A DNA stretch of 64,000 nucleotides from an uncultured Gammaproteobacteria bacterium. Lineage in GTDB: Bacteria; Patescibacteriota; Patescibacteriia; Magasanikbacterales; GWA2-37-8. Where the stretch lies: contig CAZXML010000003.1 of assembly GCA_964641245.1 (NCBI GenBank), positions 17,395 to 81,394 of the forward strand, in the 5' to 3' direction. The translations under genes and the position numbers were made by a program. Position 1 is the stretch's first letter. Each line of letters opens with the position of its first letter. Shown piece by piece: positions 9,698 to 19,256 of the stretch. The notes under the pieces are model-generated. The model was not told the DNA's origin, did no database searches, and saw only the letters and a program-made list of their open reading frames with translations.

Positions 9698-11422
9698 TTA
9701 CATTTCTTCAACTGTGTCAATAGTAAGAAGACTTAAAGCATTCTCTAAAACATTTTTTACGGCTCCGGATAAATGCAACCTGGCAGAAATTAAATCTTTA
9801 CTTTCCGCGCTTAAAATACTATGCTTATTGTAAAAATTATTGAACTGCTGAGCCAGATCAAAACAATAGCGGGTAATCGCGGACGGATTATATTCGCGCA
9901 AAGCTTCGGATACCACTTCTTCATACCGCGCTAAAAATAATAACAATTGTTTTTCTTCCGGTTTATCCAGCAATTCATATTTACTATTTGCTATCTGCTT
10001 CTTGCTATTTGCTTTTTTCAATATACTGTTAATCCTCGCCACCACATACAAAATATACGGACCGGTGAATCCGTCAAAAGAAGTGGCTTCTTTAATATCA
10101 AAAGTTATATTTTTAGCCGCTTCGTGTTTTTGCATATCAAACTTTAAAGCGGCCATAGTAAGAATACGCGAGGTTTGTATTATTTTTTTCTCGCTCCATT
10201 CCGGATGTCTTTGCGCCGATTCCAATTTTAGTTTTTCATAAATTTCATCGCGCAAATCTTCATATAAAATTACGTTGCCCAAACGGGAAGACATTTTTCC
10301 TTCCTTAAGATTTACCAAACCGTAACCAATGTGCGTAAGCTTATTTTTAAAACCGATTATTTCCAAAATTTTGTACAGTTGTTTAAAATAATGATTCTGC
10401 TCCGTGGCGGTTACCACAATACTTTCGTCAACATTAAATTTTTTAAATTTGGCCACCGCTAACGGCAGGTCGCTGGTTAAATACAAACCCGCGCCGTTTG
10501 ATTTGCGCAGCATAGCCACATCCAGATCGAATTTATTCAAATCAATTATAATCGCCCCGCCTTCGCCAACTTCGGCTACTCCCCGCAATAATAGGTCGTC
10601 TGTCATCTTTTGCCCTTTTTCTTTTAAATCTTTTTCATAAAATATTGCCGCGTGTTTTACGCCCAGTTGTTTAAATATTTCCGCAAATTTTTCTATGCTC
10701 CACTCTCTGGTTTCCATAAACAAAGGCCACAAATCCGGGTCATGCTCTTCCATTTTTTTCTGAATCTCGGCTACTTCTTTGCCGAAATCAGGATTGTCTT
10801 TTACCTGCCCGCTGGCCTCGGCATAAATATCGCCCAGCCATTTTTGTTTATTGGCCGGCGGTTTTTCATTTTTATGAAATTTGAGCAACCCCCACAAACA
10901 TTTAGCCACATGATTGCCAAAGTCATTTAAATAATTTACCGGATAAACTTTGTATCCGCTTTTTTGATAAAGCTGAACCAATGTATTGCCGATGCAAACA
11001 TTGCGCAAATGTCCGATGTGAAATTCCTTGTGAGTGTTGTTGGACGGATACTCAATTAAAACCCTCTTGCCTTTACCGGATTTATTGTTACCGTATTTTT
11101 CTTTTTGTTTTTGTATTTCACTAATTATTGTTTTTGCTAATTCCCCACTATTTAATGTTATATTAACATATGGACCAACGCTATGAACTTTTTCTATAAA
11201 AGGTAGGCCCATTTTGTTATTTCCTAATAACCTAACCATATTTTCAGCCACCAGCACATTCCCATCAGCGAGCGCAGTTTTTAATTTTAGTTTAAAACAC
11301 GGTATTGCAATGTCGTAGCCATAAACATCCAGAATTTTTTTGTCTGGCTCTTTAAAAGTCACTTCACCCTCAACGCCGGCGGCAACCAAAAATTCCACAA
11401 TTTTCTTTTTTATTTCCCGCAT
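9698..11422 (-). CDS. argS: Arginyl-tRNA synthetase
   Basis: 574 aa. HIGH-like motif HIGHLRN, MSSRLGN (KMSKS-like) and C-terminal DALR anticodon-binding region. Confidence 0.9.
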   Translation of the reverse strand: MREIKKKIVEFLVAAGVEGEVTFKEPDKKILDVYGYDIAIPCFKLKLKTALADGNVLVAENMVRLLGNNKMGLPFIEKVHSVGPYVNITLNSGELAKTIISEIQKQKEKYGNNKSGKGKRVLIEYPSNNTHKEFHIGHLRNVCIGNTLVQLYQKSGYKVYPVNYLNDFGNHVAKCLWGLLKFHKNEKPPANKQKWLGDIYAEASGQVKDNPDFGKEVAEIQKKMEEHDPDLWPLFMETREWSIEKFAEIFKQLGVKHAAIFYEKDLKEKGQKMTDDLLLRGVAEVGEGGAIIIDLNKFDLDVAMLRKSNGAGLYLTSDLPLAVAKFKKFNVDESIVVTATEQNHYFKQLYKILEIIGFKNKLTHIGYGLVNLKEGKMSSRLGNVILYEDLRDEIYEKLKLESAQRHPEWSEKKIIQTSRILTMAALKFDMQKHEAAKNITFDIKEATSFDGFTGPYILYVVARINSILKKANSKKQIANSKYELLDKPEEKQLLLFLARYEEVVSEALREYNPSAITRYCFDLAQQFNNFYNKHSILSAESKDLISARLHLSGAVKNVLENALSLLTIDTVEEM

Positions 11423-11424
11423 AA

Positions 11425-12813
11425 TTATTTTATTTTCACAAAAAAACGACTTCCTTTTTGTATCACATCTCCACTCTTAACTTTTTCATCAATTGTTTCT
11501 GCTTTTTTATCGTTAATTTTTACTCCGCCTTGGGCGATTACCTGCCGCGCCTCGGATTTACTTTTACAAATTTTTGCTTCTACCAGAACCGTGATTAAAT
11601 CCATGGTGCTTGGCTTGAGTTCGATAATATCGTGTGGTTTTTCTTTCTGTTGAAATACAGTGTGAAAATGGTCAGCACCTTTACTCGCCCCGTTTTTGCC
11701 GTGATATATTGAAGTAATTGCAAACGCTAGATCCATTTTTATATCGCGTGGATTCTTCCCTTTATTTAATTCGGCTTCATATTTTTTTATTTCTTCTAAC
11801 GGTACATCTGTTGTTAGCTCAAAATATTTAGTAATCAAACTATCAGGTAGACTCATTATCTTGCCATACATATCCACAGGAGAATCAGTTATCGCTATAT
11901 AATTATCAAGGCTCTTGCTCATTTTTTCTTTACCATCCAAACCTTCAAGCAGTTTGAATGATAAAACCGCCTGACGTTCTTCTTCACCACAGATTTTCAT
12001 AACGTCTCTTCCAATAAGCATATTAAAAGTTTGGTCTGTTCCCCCCACCTCTAAATCACAACTCCCGTATATCCTCGCTAATACATGAGAGTCAATTCCT
12101 TGAAGAACAGGATACATCATTTCGTGCATATATAATTGATCCCCATTCTTAATTCGCTCTTGAAACATGTCACGTTCAAGTAAACGTGCGTGGGTAATTT
12201 GCCTCAGCACTGCCAAAAAAGTCCGTAATGATACCCCGTAAATTCTTCCTGATTCTATTTTTCCCATCATTCTTGTTTCCTCCCATTTAACTGTCTTTGC
12301 CATATAAGTATCTGGGGGTAGCGATATATGTTGATTACCATTAGTATATGGCACAGGAGCGCCACCTTGTACCAATATATCCCCCATGGAAATAAACCAA
12401 TCGGAATTACTAATCCAAGAAAAAACGTTCGAATTTTCTTTTCCTGTTAATAAAATTTTATCAATTTGATCTAAATAGGATTGCATGTTCTTTTCAACTT
12501 CTGCTTGTGCAATCTCGGGTCTCACCTTGCTCTTACCTGTAGGATCGCCTATTTGTGCTGTAAAATCACCGATCAAAAAAACTACCTTGCACCCCAACTC
12601 TTGCAATTGTCTAAGTTTACGGAATACGACCGCATGCCCTAAATGAATATCCGGACGTGTTGGGTCAACTCCAAATTTAATAATAATATCCTTATCGTAT
12701 TTTCCTTCTTGTTTTTTAACAAGTTTAGCTTTAAAACTACCTTCTGGGTCAATAAATTCACCCACTCCTCTTGTCAATATTTCTTCTATTTTTTTTAGAT
12801 CTACTTTAGGCAT
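11425..12813 (-). CDS. tyrS: Tyrosyl-tRNA synthetase
   Basis: 462 aa. FGVDPTRPDIHLGH, KMSKSLDN and a C-terminal S4 domain. Confidence 0.8.
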   Translation of the reverse strand: MPKVDLKKIEEILTRGVGEFIDPEGSFKAKLVKKQEGKYDKDIIIKFGVDPTRPDIHLGHAVVFRKLRQLQELGCKVVFLIGDFTAQIGDPTGKSKVRPEIAQAEVEKNMQSYLDQIDKILLTGKENSNVFSWISNSDWFISMGDILVQGGAPVPYTNGNQHISLPPDTYMAKTVKWEETRMMGKIESGRIYGVSLRTFLAVLRQITHARLLERDMFQERIKNGDQLYMHEMMYPVLQGIDSHVLARIYGSCDLEVGGTDQTFNMLIGRDVMKICGEEERQAVLSFKLLEGLDGKEKMSKSLDNYIAITDSPVDMYGKIMSLPDSLITKYFELTTDVPLEEIKKYEAELNKGKNPRDIKMDLAFAITSIYHGKNGASKGADHFHTVFQQKEKPHDIIELKPSTMDLITVLVEAKICKSKSEARQVIAQGGVKINDKKAETIDEKVKSGDVIQKGSRFFVKIK

Positions 12814-12818
12814 ATTTA

Positions 12819-15440
12819 TTATAATTTATTAAGTTGCTCTTCTAATTTTGCTCGTTTTAATTTAGCTTCGCTTAATTTGTCCTTTTCTTTATCAATAATT
12901 TCATTGGGCGCATTTTTGACAAATTCTGTGTTGGCCAGTTTATTTTCCAAACTGAAAATATATTTTTTTAATTCCTGAATTTCTTTTTCCAGTCTAGATT
13001 TTTCTTTAACCGCATCTACCGCACCATCCATGTATAAGGAAATCTCAGCGCCGGATTTTACAAATTCTAATTTTTCTAATCTGGCCAAAGATTTAATAAT
13101 TTCTTCATTTTCTTTCAACAATTTTTCTTTACTACCAGCATTGATATACGCACCAATTTTTTTTGCGGGTTCAATTTTAAACTCAGCCCGCAGGGAACGA
13201 ATGCCTGCTATCACATTTCTTACATTATCAAACGCTGTCTTTCCTGTCGCGGATGTTGTTTTGATACCACCAAACTCCTCATGCTTAATTCCAGGCCAGT
13301 CTTGCACCATTAACATATGTTTCACCCCATACACTTCTTGCCATATTGTTTCTGTAACAAACGGCATAAACGGATGCCAAAGTTTTAAAATTGTGTTTAG
13401 TGTATAATTTAGGATCTCAGACTTTTCGCCCTCAACTTTAGCGGCCTCTAAATACCAGTCCGCCAAATCTCCCCATGTAAAATCGCGCAGCTGCTCACCG
13501 GCCATAGAAAAATTAAATGTTTCAACTTGTTCTCTAACCTTATTTTTGACAGCGCGCAAACGATTGAGTATCCACTCATCCGCCAAGGTTTTTGCTCTTG
13601 GTTCGGCAACATCCATTTTCGGATTTTCAATATTGAGCAACATAAACCGGGAAATATTCCAAAGTTTATTGGTAAAATTTCTAAAGCCGGCGATTTTTTC
13701 TTCAGATAATTTCATATCATTTCCGGGAGTGTTCCCCAGCAACAAAGACAAACGCGTGGCATCGGTACCGTATTTGGCAATCATATCCAGCGGATCTATT
13801 ACATTACCGAGTGACTTACTCATTTTTCTGCCCTGCTCATCCCGCACCAGGCCGTGCAAATATACTGTCTTAAACGGAATATCGCCCAAAACATAAGTGG
13901 TCATGAGTATCATTCTGGCCACCCAGAAAAATAAAATATCATAGCCAGTTTCCATTACCGAAGTAGGGTGATAATTTTTTAAATCATCAGCTTTCAAATC
14001 CGGATATCCCAATGTGGAAAATGTCCACAGTCCGGAAGAAAACCAGGTATCCAAAGTATCTTGGTCTTGTTGCCAGCCTTCTTCTTTTGGCGGATTAACA
14101 TCAACAAAAATTTCATCGCCTTTGTACCAAACCGGGATCTGATGCCCATACCAAATCTGACGACTAATGCACCAGTCGCGCAAATTATCTATCCAGTGAA
14201 AATAGGTTTTTTCAAAATGATCGGGAATAATTTTAATCTGACCGTCTTTATTTCCAACAGACTTCTGCATCAATTGTTTTAATGATTTTTTACCACGGCT
14301 TTTAATGGGCTTGTTTACATCTATGAACCATTGTTTGGATGGCAATGGTTCAATCGGCGTATCACAACGATAACAAACGGACAAATTGTTCTGTACTTCC
14401 TCTTCCTTCTCCATTAAATTATTCGCCTTTAAATATTCAACTACTTTCCGGCGCGCCTCCTTAACACTTAACCCAACGAAATTCTTACCTGCCTCCGCCG
14501 TAATTTTTCCGTCTTCACCAATAACTTTTATTACTGGAAGTTTATTTTTCTGCGCCATTTCGTAGTCCACCAAACTGTGCGCCGGAGTAACACCGAGCGC
14601 GCCAGTACCAAAATTCATATCCACTTCCGCGCTGGCGATAATTTTAATTTTTAAATCCGGTCCATTGGCAAAACTTTTAACTGTGATTGTTTTACCAATA
14701 AATTTTTTATACCGTTTATCTTTCGGGTTAACCGCCACGGCCGTATCGCCCAGCTTTGTTTCCGGACGGGTGGTGGAAATAGCGACGGGAAAATCTTTGT
14801 CGTATTTAAAAGTGTAAAGTTTTGCCATCTGTTCTTTATAAACAACCTCATCGTCGGCCAGAGTGGAAAGACAATGCGGACACCAGTTCACAATCCGGGA
14901 GCCGCGATAAATTAATCCGTCATCATACATTTTTTTAAATACCGTACGCACGGCCAGATTTCTTGGTTCGTCCAAAGTAAACGCTTCGCGCGACCAATCC
15001 AAAGACGCGCCCATTTTGCGGGATTGATTAACTATGATGTCATGAGATTCTTGCGCGAACTTTTTCACTTCGTCTAAAAATTTTTCCTTACCCAATTCCT
15101 GACGGGGATTTTTGGCGCCTTTACCTATCAACAACTTCTCTACTTTTGCCTGCGTGGCAATGGCGGCGTGATCTGTGCCCGGAACCCACAACGTTCGGTC
15201 GCCTTTCATGCGGTGATAGCGTACCATTACATCCTGAATAGCCAACATAGCCGCGTGCCCCATATGCAAGGTACCGGTAACATTTGGTGGTGGCAAAACG
15301 ATGGAAAAATGCTCTGCTTTTGCCTTGGTGACGCCTTTGGAAACACAAACATCAGGATTAAATAATCCTGATTCTTCCCATTTTTTATAAATTGCGTCTT
15401 CGTAATTTTTCGGCTCGTAAGCCTTGGACAGTTCTTTCAT
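12819..15440 (-). CDS. valS: Valyl-tRNA synthetase
   Basis: 873 aa. PPPNVTGTLHMGHA, KMSKSLGN and a C-terminal coiled-coil. Confidence 0.95.
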   Translation of the reverse strand: MKELSKAYEPKNYEDAIYKKWEESGLFNPDVCVSKGVTKAKAEHFSIVLPPPNVTGTLHMGHAAMLAIQDVMVRYHRMKGDRTLWVPGTDHAAIATQAKVEKLLIGKGAKNPRQELGKEKFLDEVKKFAQESHDIIVNQSRKMGASLDWSREAFTLDEPRNLAVRTVFKKMYDDGLIYRGSRIVNWCPHCLSTLADDEVVYKEQMAKLYTFKYDKDFPVAISTTRPETKLGDTAVAVNPKDKRYKKFIGKTITVKSFANGPDLKIKIIASAEVDMNFGTGALGVTPAHSLVDYEMAQKNKLPVIKVIGEDGKITAEAGKNFVGLSVKEARRKVVEYLKANNLMEKEEEVQNNLSVCYRCDTPIEPLPSKQWFIDVNKPIKSRGKKSLKQLMQKSVGNKDGQIKIIPDHFEKTYFHWIDNLRDWCISRQIWYGHQIPVWYKGDEIFVDVNPPKEEGWQQDQDTLDTWFSSGLWTFSTLGYPDLKADDLKNYHPTSVMETGYDILFFWVARMILMTTYVLGDIPFKTVYLHGLVRDEQGRKMSKSLGNVIDPLDMIAKYGTDATRLSLLLGNTPGNDMKLSEEKIAGFRNFTNKLWNISRFMLLNIENPKMDVAEPRAKTLADEWILNRLRAVKNKVREQVETFNFSMAGEQLRDFTWGDLADWYLEAAKVEGEKSEILNYTLNTILKLWHPFMPFVTETIWQEVYGVKHMLMVQDWPGIKHEEFGGIKTTSATGKTAFDNVRNVIAGIRSLRAEFKIEPAKKIGAYINAGSKEKLLKENEEIIKSLARLEKLEFVKSGAEISLYMDGAVDAVKEKSRLEKEIQELKKYIFSLENKLANTEFVKNAPNEIIDKEKDKLSEAKLKRAKLEEQLNKL

Positions 15441-15454
15441 GCTACACTTTAAGT

Positions 15455-15538
15455 TGTCATCCTGAACGCAGTGAAAGATCCCTGTCAGTCATTGTTTGGT
15501 CAATCGGGGAGAGATTCTTCGCTATGCTCAGAATGACA
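15455..15538. repeat. Family B palindromic MITE-like element
   Basis: tgtcatcctgaacgcagtgaaagatccctgtc ... gagagattcttcgctatgctcagaatgaca. Confidence 0.8.
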
Positions 15539-15625
15539 ATTACGAGAACTTAACACTACCTCGTATGGCTTATATTGTACTGAAATAAGGCAAAAAAATC
15601 AAACGTATTCCTTGTTTATCAACAG

Positions 15626-15654
15626 TTGACAATATACGACAGGGCTGATATGAT
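15626..15654 (+). promoter_or_regulatory. Sigma70-like promoter TTGACA-17-TATGAT
   Basis: ttgacaatatacgacagggctgatatgat. Confidence 0.5.
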
Positions 15655-16834
15655 GAACTGTTCTACGAATTTATCGGAACACAGCCAAATTATGTCCCTT
15701 AACGAAACTCAACAACTTAACCAGCTTTTGGAGAAAAGCCGCCATATTCTATTGGTTCTAAACTCCACCCAGAATGCTGACTCTATTTGCGGAGCCGTGG
15801 CCTGGAAAAAATGGTTGGAAAAACAAAATAAACAGGTTGACATTATTGCCGATAATTTTGTCCTACCCAAAAATTTACGGTTTATTAACGGTGTGGAGGA
15901 AATTCAACCGCAGATTTCTCATCTGCAAAAATTTATCGTACGGGTGGATGTTACCAATATAAAAATTGATACTTTAAGTTATGACATCAAAAACAATTGG
16001 CTGTCCATTTATTTAACTCCCAAACAGGGAATTATTACCAAAAATGAACTTCGTACCGCCCAATCAACCTTAAAATACGATTTGATTATTACCATAAACG
16101 CTCAAGACCTGGAATCGTTGGGAAAGATTTTTTTCAATAATACGGATTTATTTTATAAAGTTCCCGTCATTAATTTTGACAATCACCCGGGCAACGAACA
16201 TTTTGGCCAGGTAAATTTTGTGGAACTGAACGCGACTTCGGTTTCGGAAATTATTTTTAAAACTCTAACCCAGCTGGCCGCGCCTCATATTGACGCCGAT
16301 ATTGCCACCGCCTTGCTGGCCGGAATGATAAGCCAAACCCAAAGTTTTAAAACTACCAATGTCACTCCCCACACGCTCAACACCGCCAGCCAACTGATGA
16401 ACCTGGGCGCGGACAGGGAAAAAATTGTTAAACATCTCTTTAGAACAAAATCAATTTCATCTTTAAAAATTTGGGGCGAAGCTTTAACCCACATGGAAAG
16501 CGATCCAAACCTGGGGCTGGTGTGGACCACCATTACCCGCGAAGATTTTGCCCGCGCCGGAGCCACCGAAGACGAACTTAAAGAATTGATAGACGAACTG
16601 GTAAATAATTCACCGGAAGCAAAGCTGATTCTGTTGTTGTACGAAAACACTAAAGGAGAAAATAAAGTGCACGGCTTTCTTTCCGTAGATAAACAGCGCG
16701 ACGCCAAAATGCTTCTGCAATCATTCCAACCCGAGGGAAACAAAAAAACCGCCTCGTTTACGATGGTTAATAAAACAATCAAAGAAGTTGAACTGGAAGT
16801 AGTGGAAAAAATTAAAAAGATGCTGGGCGCCTAA
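15626..16834 (+). CDS. DHH-family phosphoesterase (NrnA-like oligoribonuclease/pAp phosphatase)
   Basis: DHH and DHHA1 regions (NADSICGAVA; GGGH-like). The track start is the TTG of the -35 box. The true start is probably ATG 15650 or 15692 (MSLNETQQ). Confidence 0.7.
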   Translation: MTIYDRADMMNCSTNLSEHSQIMSLNETQQLNQLLEKSRHILLVLNSTQNADSICGAVAWKKWLEKQNKQVDIIADNFVLPKNLRFINGVEEIQPQISHLQKFIVRVDVTNIKIDTLSYDIKNNWLSIYLTPKQGIITKNELRTAQSTLKYDLIITINAQDLESLGKIFFNNTDLFYKVPVINFDNHPGNEHFGQVNFVELNATSVSEIIFKTLTQLAAPHIDADIATALLAGMISQTQSFKTTNVTPHTLNTASQLMNLGADREKIVKHLFRTKSISSLKIWGEALTHMESDPNLGLVWTTITREDFARAGATEDELKELIDELVNNSPEAKLILLLYENTKGENKVHGFLSVDKQRDAKMLLQSFQPEGNKKTASFTMVNKTIKEVELEVVEKIKKMLGA

Positions 16835-16871
16835 AAACAAAACGCCCGCCCCACACAAGTGTGGGGCGGGA
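16833..16871 (-). terminator. GC-rich hairpin terminator (gcccgccccacac/gtgtggggcgggc) followed on the minus strand by a T-rich tract
   Basis: Perfect 13 bp stem followed by cgttttgttttt on the minus strand. It sits 58 nt downstream of the 16929 ORF stop. Confidence 0.7.
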
Positions 16872-16928
16872 CGACCGAAGGGACCGAGTGACCGCGGAAA
16901 AGTTCCGAGGTACCAAGGATCCCATGGC

Positions 16929-17342
16929 TTACTTGATACGAGCGAAATAGGCACGGCTGTTGAAGCCGTTGACAAGCCAGTAGAAACGCGGGATCAAGCG
17001 ATTGCCGAGCCAGGAGAGGCCCGGGACGCGGAGGCCACCGCTAGGGACGGACAGAATAGTACGGGGTAGGAGAATGTACTTCTTGCCCCGCAACTTGGCG
17101 GGGATCTCTTCCTGATGCTCCAGCAAGTATTTGCTGTCGCGGAGGCCGAAGTTGGCCTTGAGCTTGACAGCTCGCCGGCACATGCTCTCGCCATCGATGG
17201 GCTCCTCACCCTCCTCTAGGACGGAGATGAACTCCAAGTCCTTGATCTGGAACTTCGTGGGCTCGACATCCGACAGCACACCACCGCTTCGTATCACCTG
17301 CTCGTGGAACTCGGTCAACTGCTCAAACATCGGTGTCGCCAT
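16929..17342 (-). CDS. GC-rich hypothetical protein (about 138 aa), unknown family
   Basis: Start MATPMFEQLTEFHEQ, 8 nt after AAGGAG. GC content and codon usage are unlike the neighbours (CTG/GCC/CGC-rich). No domain recognised. Confidence 0.5.
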   Translation of the reverse strand: MATPMFEQLTEFHEQVIRSGGVLSDVEPTKFQIKDLEFISVLEEGEEPIDGESMCRRAVKLKANFGLRDSKYLLEHQEEIPAKLRGKKYILLPRTILSVPSGGLRVPGLSWLGNRLIPRFYWLVNGFNSRAYFARIK

Positions 17343-17498
17343 TGTCATTGCTCCTTGGCAGCCATTGGAATCCTTACAAATATATCCGACATAATTGCCG
17401 AACATACCGAAGGTTGTCCAAATAGACACCGTCTTAGCTAGGAACCATTCCCAGCCTTCTTTGGGATTTATCTATATACTTATTGAAAAGAACACCAA

Positions 17499-17527
17499 AG
17501 TATACCACAAAATAGGGGCTTTGTCAA
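17499..17527 (-). promoter_or_regulatory. Consensus sigma70 promoter TTGACA-17-TATACT (extended -10 TGGTATACT) driving the GC-rich ORF
   Basis: Minus strand reads tttgacaaagcccctattttgtggtatact. It shares the TGGACA/TTGACA-aagcccctat motif with element L. Confidence 0.7.
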
Positions 17528-17562
17528 ATATCGATACTAAAAAGATTAAAATTGATTTTAGG

Positions 17563-19197
17563 CTAAATCAATGCCTGTCCCGTCATATCTTCCGGTTGCG
17601 GAACACCCAGTAATTTTAAAACAGTTGGCGCCACGTCTGCCAATACCCCTACCGGATGCATTAAACTCAAATCCCCTTCCGGCGCGTCTCCAGCCGGGCC
17701 GGCTTGTCCCATAAACTCTTTGCCGATAACAATAAGAGGCACCGGATTGGTGGAATGTTCTTTGTCTATGGCGCCAGTCTGCAAATTAGTCATTTCTTCC
17801 GCGTTGCCATGATCGGCGGTAATCACCACCACTCCGTTTTGCGCCAAAGTATGATCCACAATTTCTCCCAAACATTTGTCGGTGACTTCACAGGCTTTAA
17901 TACCCGCTTGCAAATCCCCGGTATGAGCGACCATATCCGCGTTGGCCAGATTTAAAACCACAAAATCATATTTGGCGCTGTCAATCATTTTGCTTACTTC
18001 TTTGGTAATTTCTATCGCGGACATTTCCGGTTTTTGATCGTAACTGGAAACTTTTGCCGAAGGAATCATTAATCTGTCTTCTCCGGCAAACGGATTCTCT
18101 ACCGTGCCGTTTAAAAAGAAAGTAACGTGGGCGTATTTTTCCGTTTCGGCCACATGCATTTGCTTTAAACCGGCTTTACTGATTACTTCCGCCAAACTGT
18201 TGTGTACCACTATCGGCGCGTAAGCCACCACCGCCGGCAGTTCTTTTTCGTACTCGGTCATGGTGACGAAAAATAAATCTTTTTGATATTCTTTGGTGAA
18301 TTTATTAAAGGAAGGAACCACAAATGCCTGGGTTAATTCCCGCGCGCGGTCCGGTCTGAAGTTAAAAAATATCACCGCGTCATTATTATCTATGGTGGCC
18401 ACCGGTTTATCCTTGGAAGTTATAACCGTGGGAATAAATTCTTCATCGTAATTTTTTTGCGCGTAAGCTTCATCTATTACTTTAATGGGGTCTTCGGCAT
18501 ACCGATCGGCTTTGCCTTCAGCCATAGCGCGGTAGGCTTTTTCGCATCTGTCCCAACGGTTGTCGCGGTCCATGGCATAATAGCGCCCGGATAGAGTGGC
18601 GATTTTTCCCACTTTTAATTCGGACATTTTACCCTGCAGTTCCTGAACAAATTCTTTTCCGGAATTATACAGAGCGTCGCGGCCGTCTAAAATAGCATGG
18701 ATAAATACATTCTTTGTTAATTTTTCTTTTTTACAAAGTTCCAGTAAAGCGTAAAGATGCGCATTGCTGGCATGCACATTTCCGGAACTGACCAAACCAA
18801 CCAAATGCAATTTTGGTTTAGCGAAACCATGCCGCGTACCGTCATTTGAAACGCGGCTTTCTTCTTTTACTTTGGCAATGGCCGATAAAAGCGCGGGGTT
18901 GGAAAAAAACGCCCCGCTTTCTATTTCCTGATTTATTCTTGGACAACTTTGATAATAAACCCGGCCGGCGCCGATGTTTAAATGACCCACTTCCGAGTTT
19001 CCCATCTCGCCAAACATTAACCCCACTTCACTGCCCGAAGCGTGGATAGTCATGGTGGGATAATTTTTTAGAAATTTTACAAAATTAGGCGTTTGCGCCT
19101 TGGTGATGGCGTTGCCGTCCGCGCCCGGAGCAACACCCCAGCCATCCATGATGATCAAAATAACTGGTTTATAATTCATACAATTTATAATTGTCAT
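17563..19197 (-). CDS. gpmI: 2,3-bisphosphoglycerate-independent phosphoglycerate mutase
   Basis: 544 aa. IIMDGWG N-terminus and metal-binding Ser/His/Asp pattern of iPGM. Confidence 0.9.
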   Translation of the reverse strand: MTIINCMNYKPVILIIMDGWGVAPGADGNAITKAQTPNFVKFLKNYPTMTIHASGSEVGLMFGEMGNSEVGHLNIGAGRVYYQSCPRINQEIESGAFFSNPALLSAIAKVKEESRVSNDGTRHGFAKPKLHLVGLVSSGNVHASNAHLYALLELCKKEKLTKNVFIHAILDGRDALYNSGKEFVQELQGKMSELKVGKIATLSGRYYAMDRDNRWDRCEKAYRAMAEGKADRYAEDPIKVIDEAYAQKNYDEEFIPTVITSKDKPVATIDNNDAVIFFNFRPDRARELTQAFVVPSFNKFTKEYQKDLFFVTMTEYEKELPAVVAYAPIVVHNSLAEVISKAGLKQMHVAETEKYAHVTFFLNGTVENPFAGEDRLMIPSAKVSSYDQKPEMSAIEITKEVSKMIDSAKYDFVVLNLANADMVAHTGDLQAGIKACEVTDKCLGEIVDHTLAQNGVVVITADHGNAEEMTNLQTGAIDKEHSTNPVPLIVIGKEFMGQAGPAGDAPEGDLSLMHPVGVLADVAPTVLKLLGVPQPEDMTGQALI

Positions 19198-19249
19198 GCT
19201 GAACTTGTTTCAGCATCTCTTGATAGATCCTGAAATGAATTCAGGATGA
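19192..19249. repeat. Family A palindromic element (its ATGACA terminus supplies the gpmI start codon)
   Basis: tgtcatgctgaacttgtttcagcatc ... gatcctgaaatgaattcaggatga. Confidence 0.8.
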
Positions 19250-19256
19250 TGTTGAT

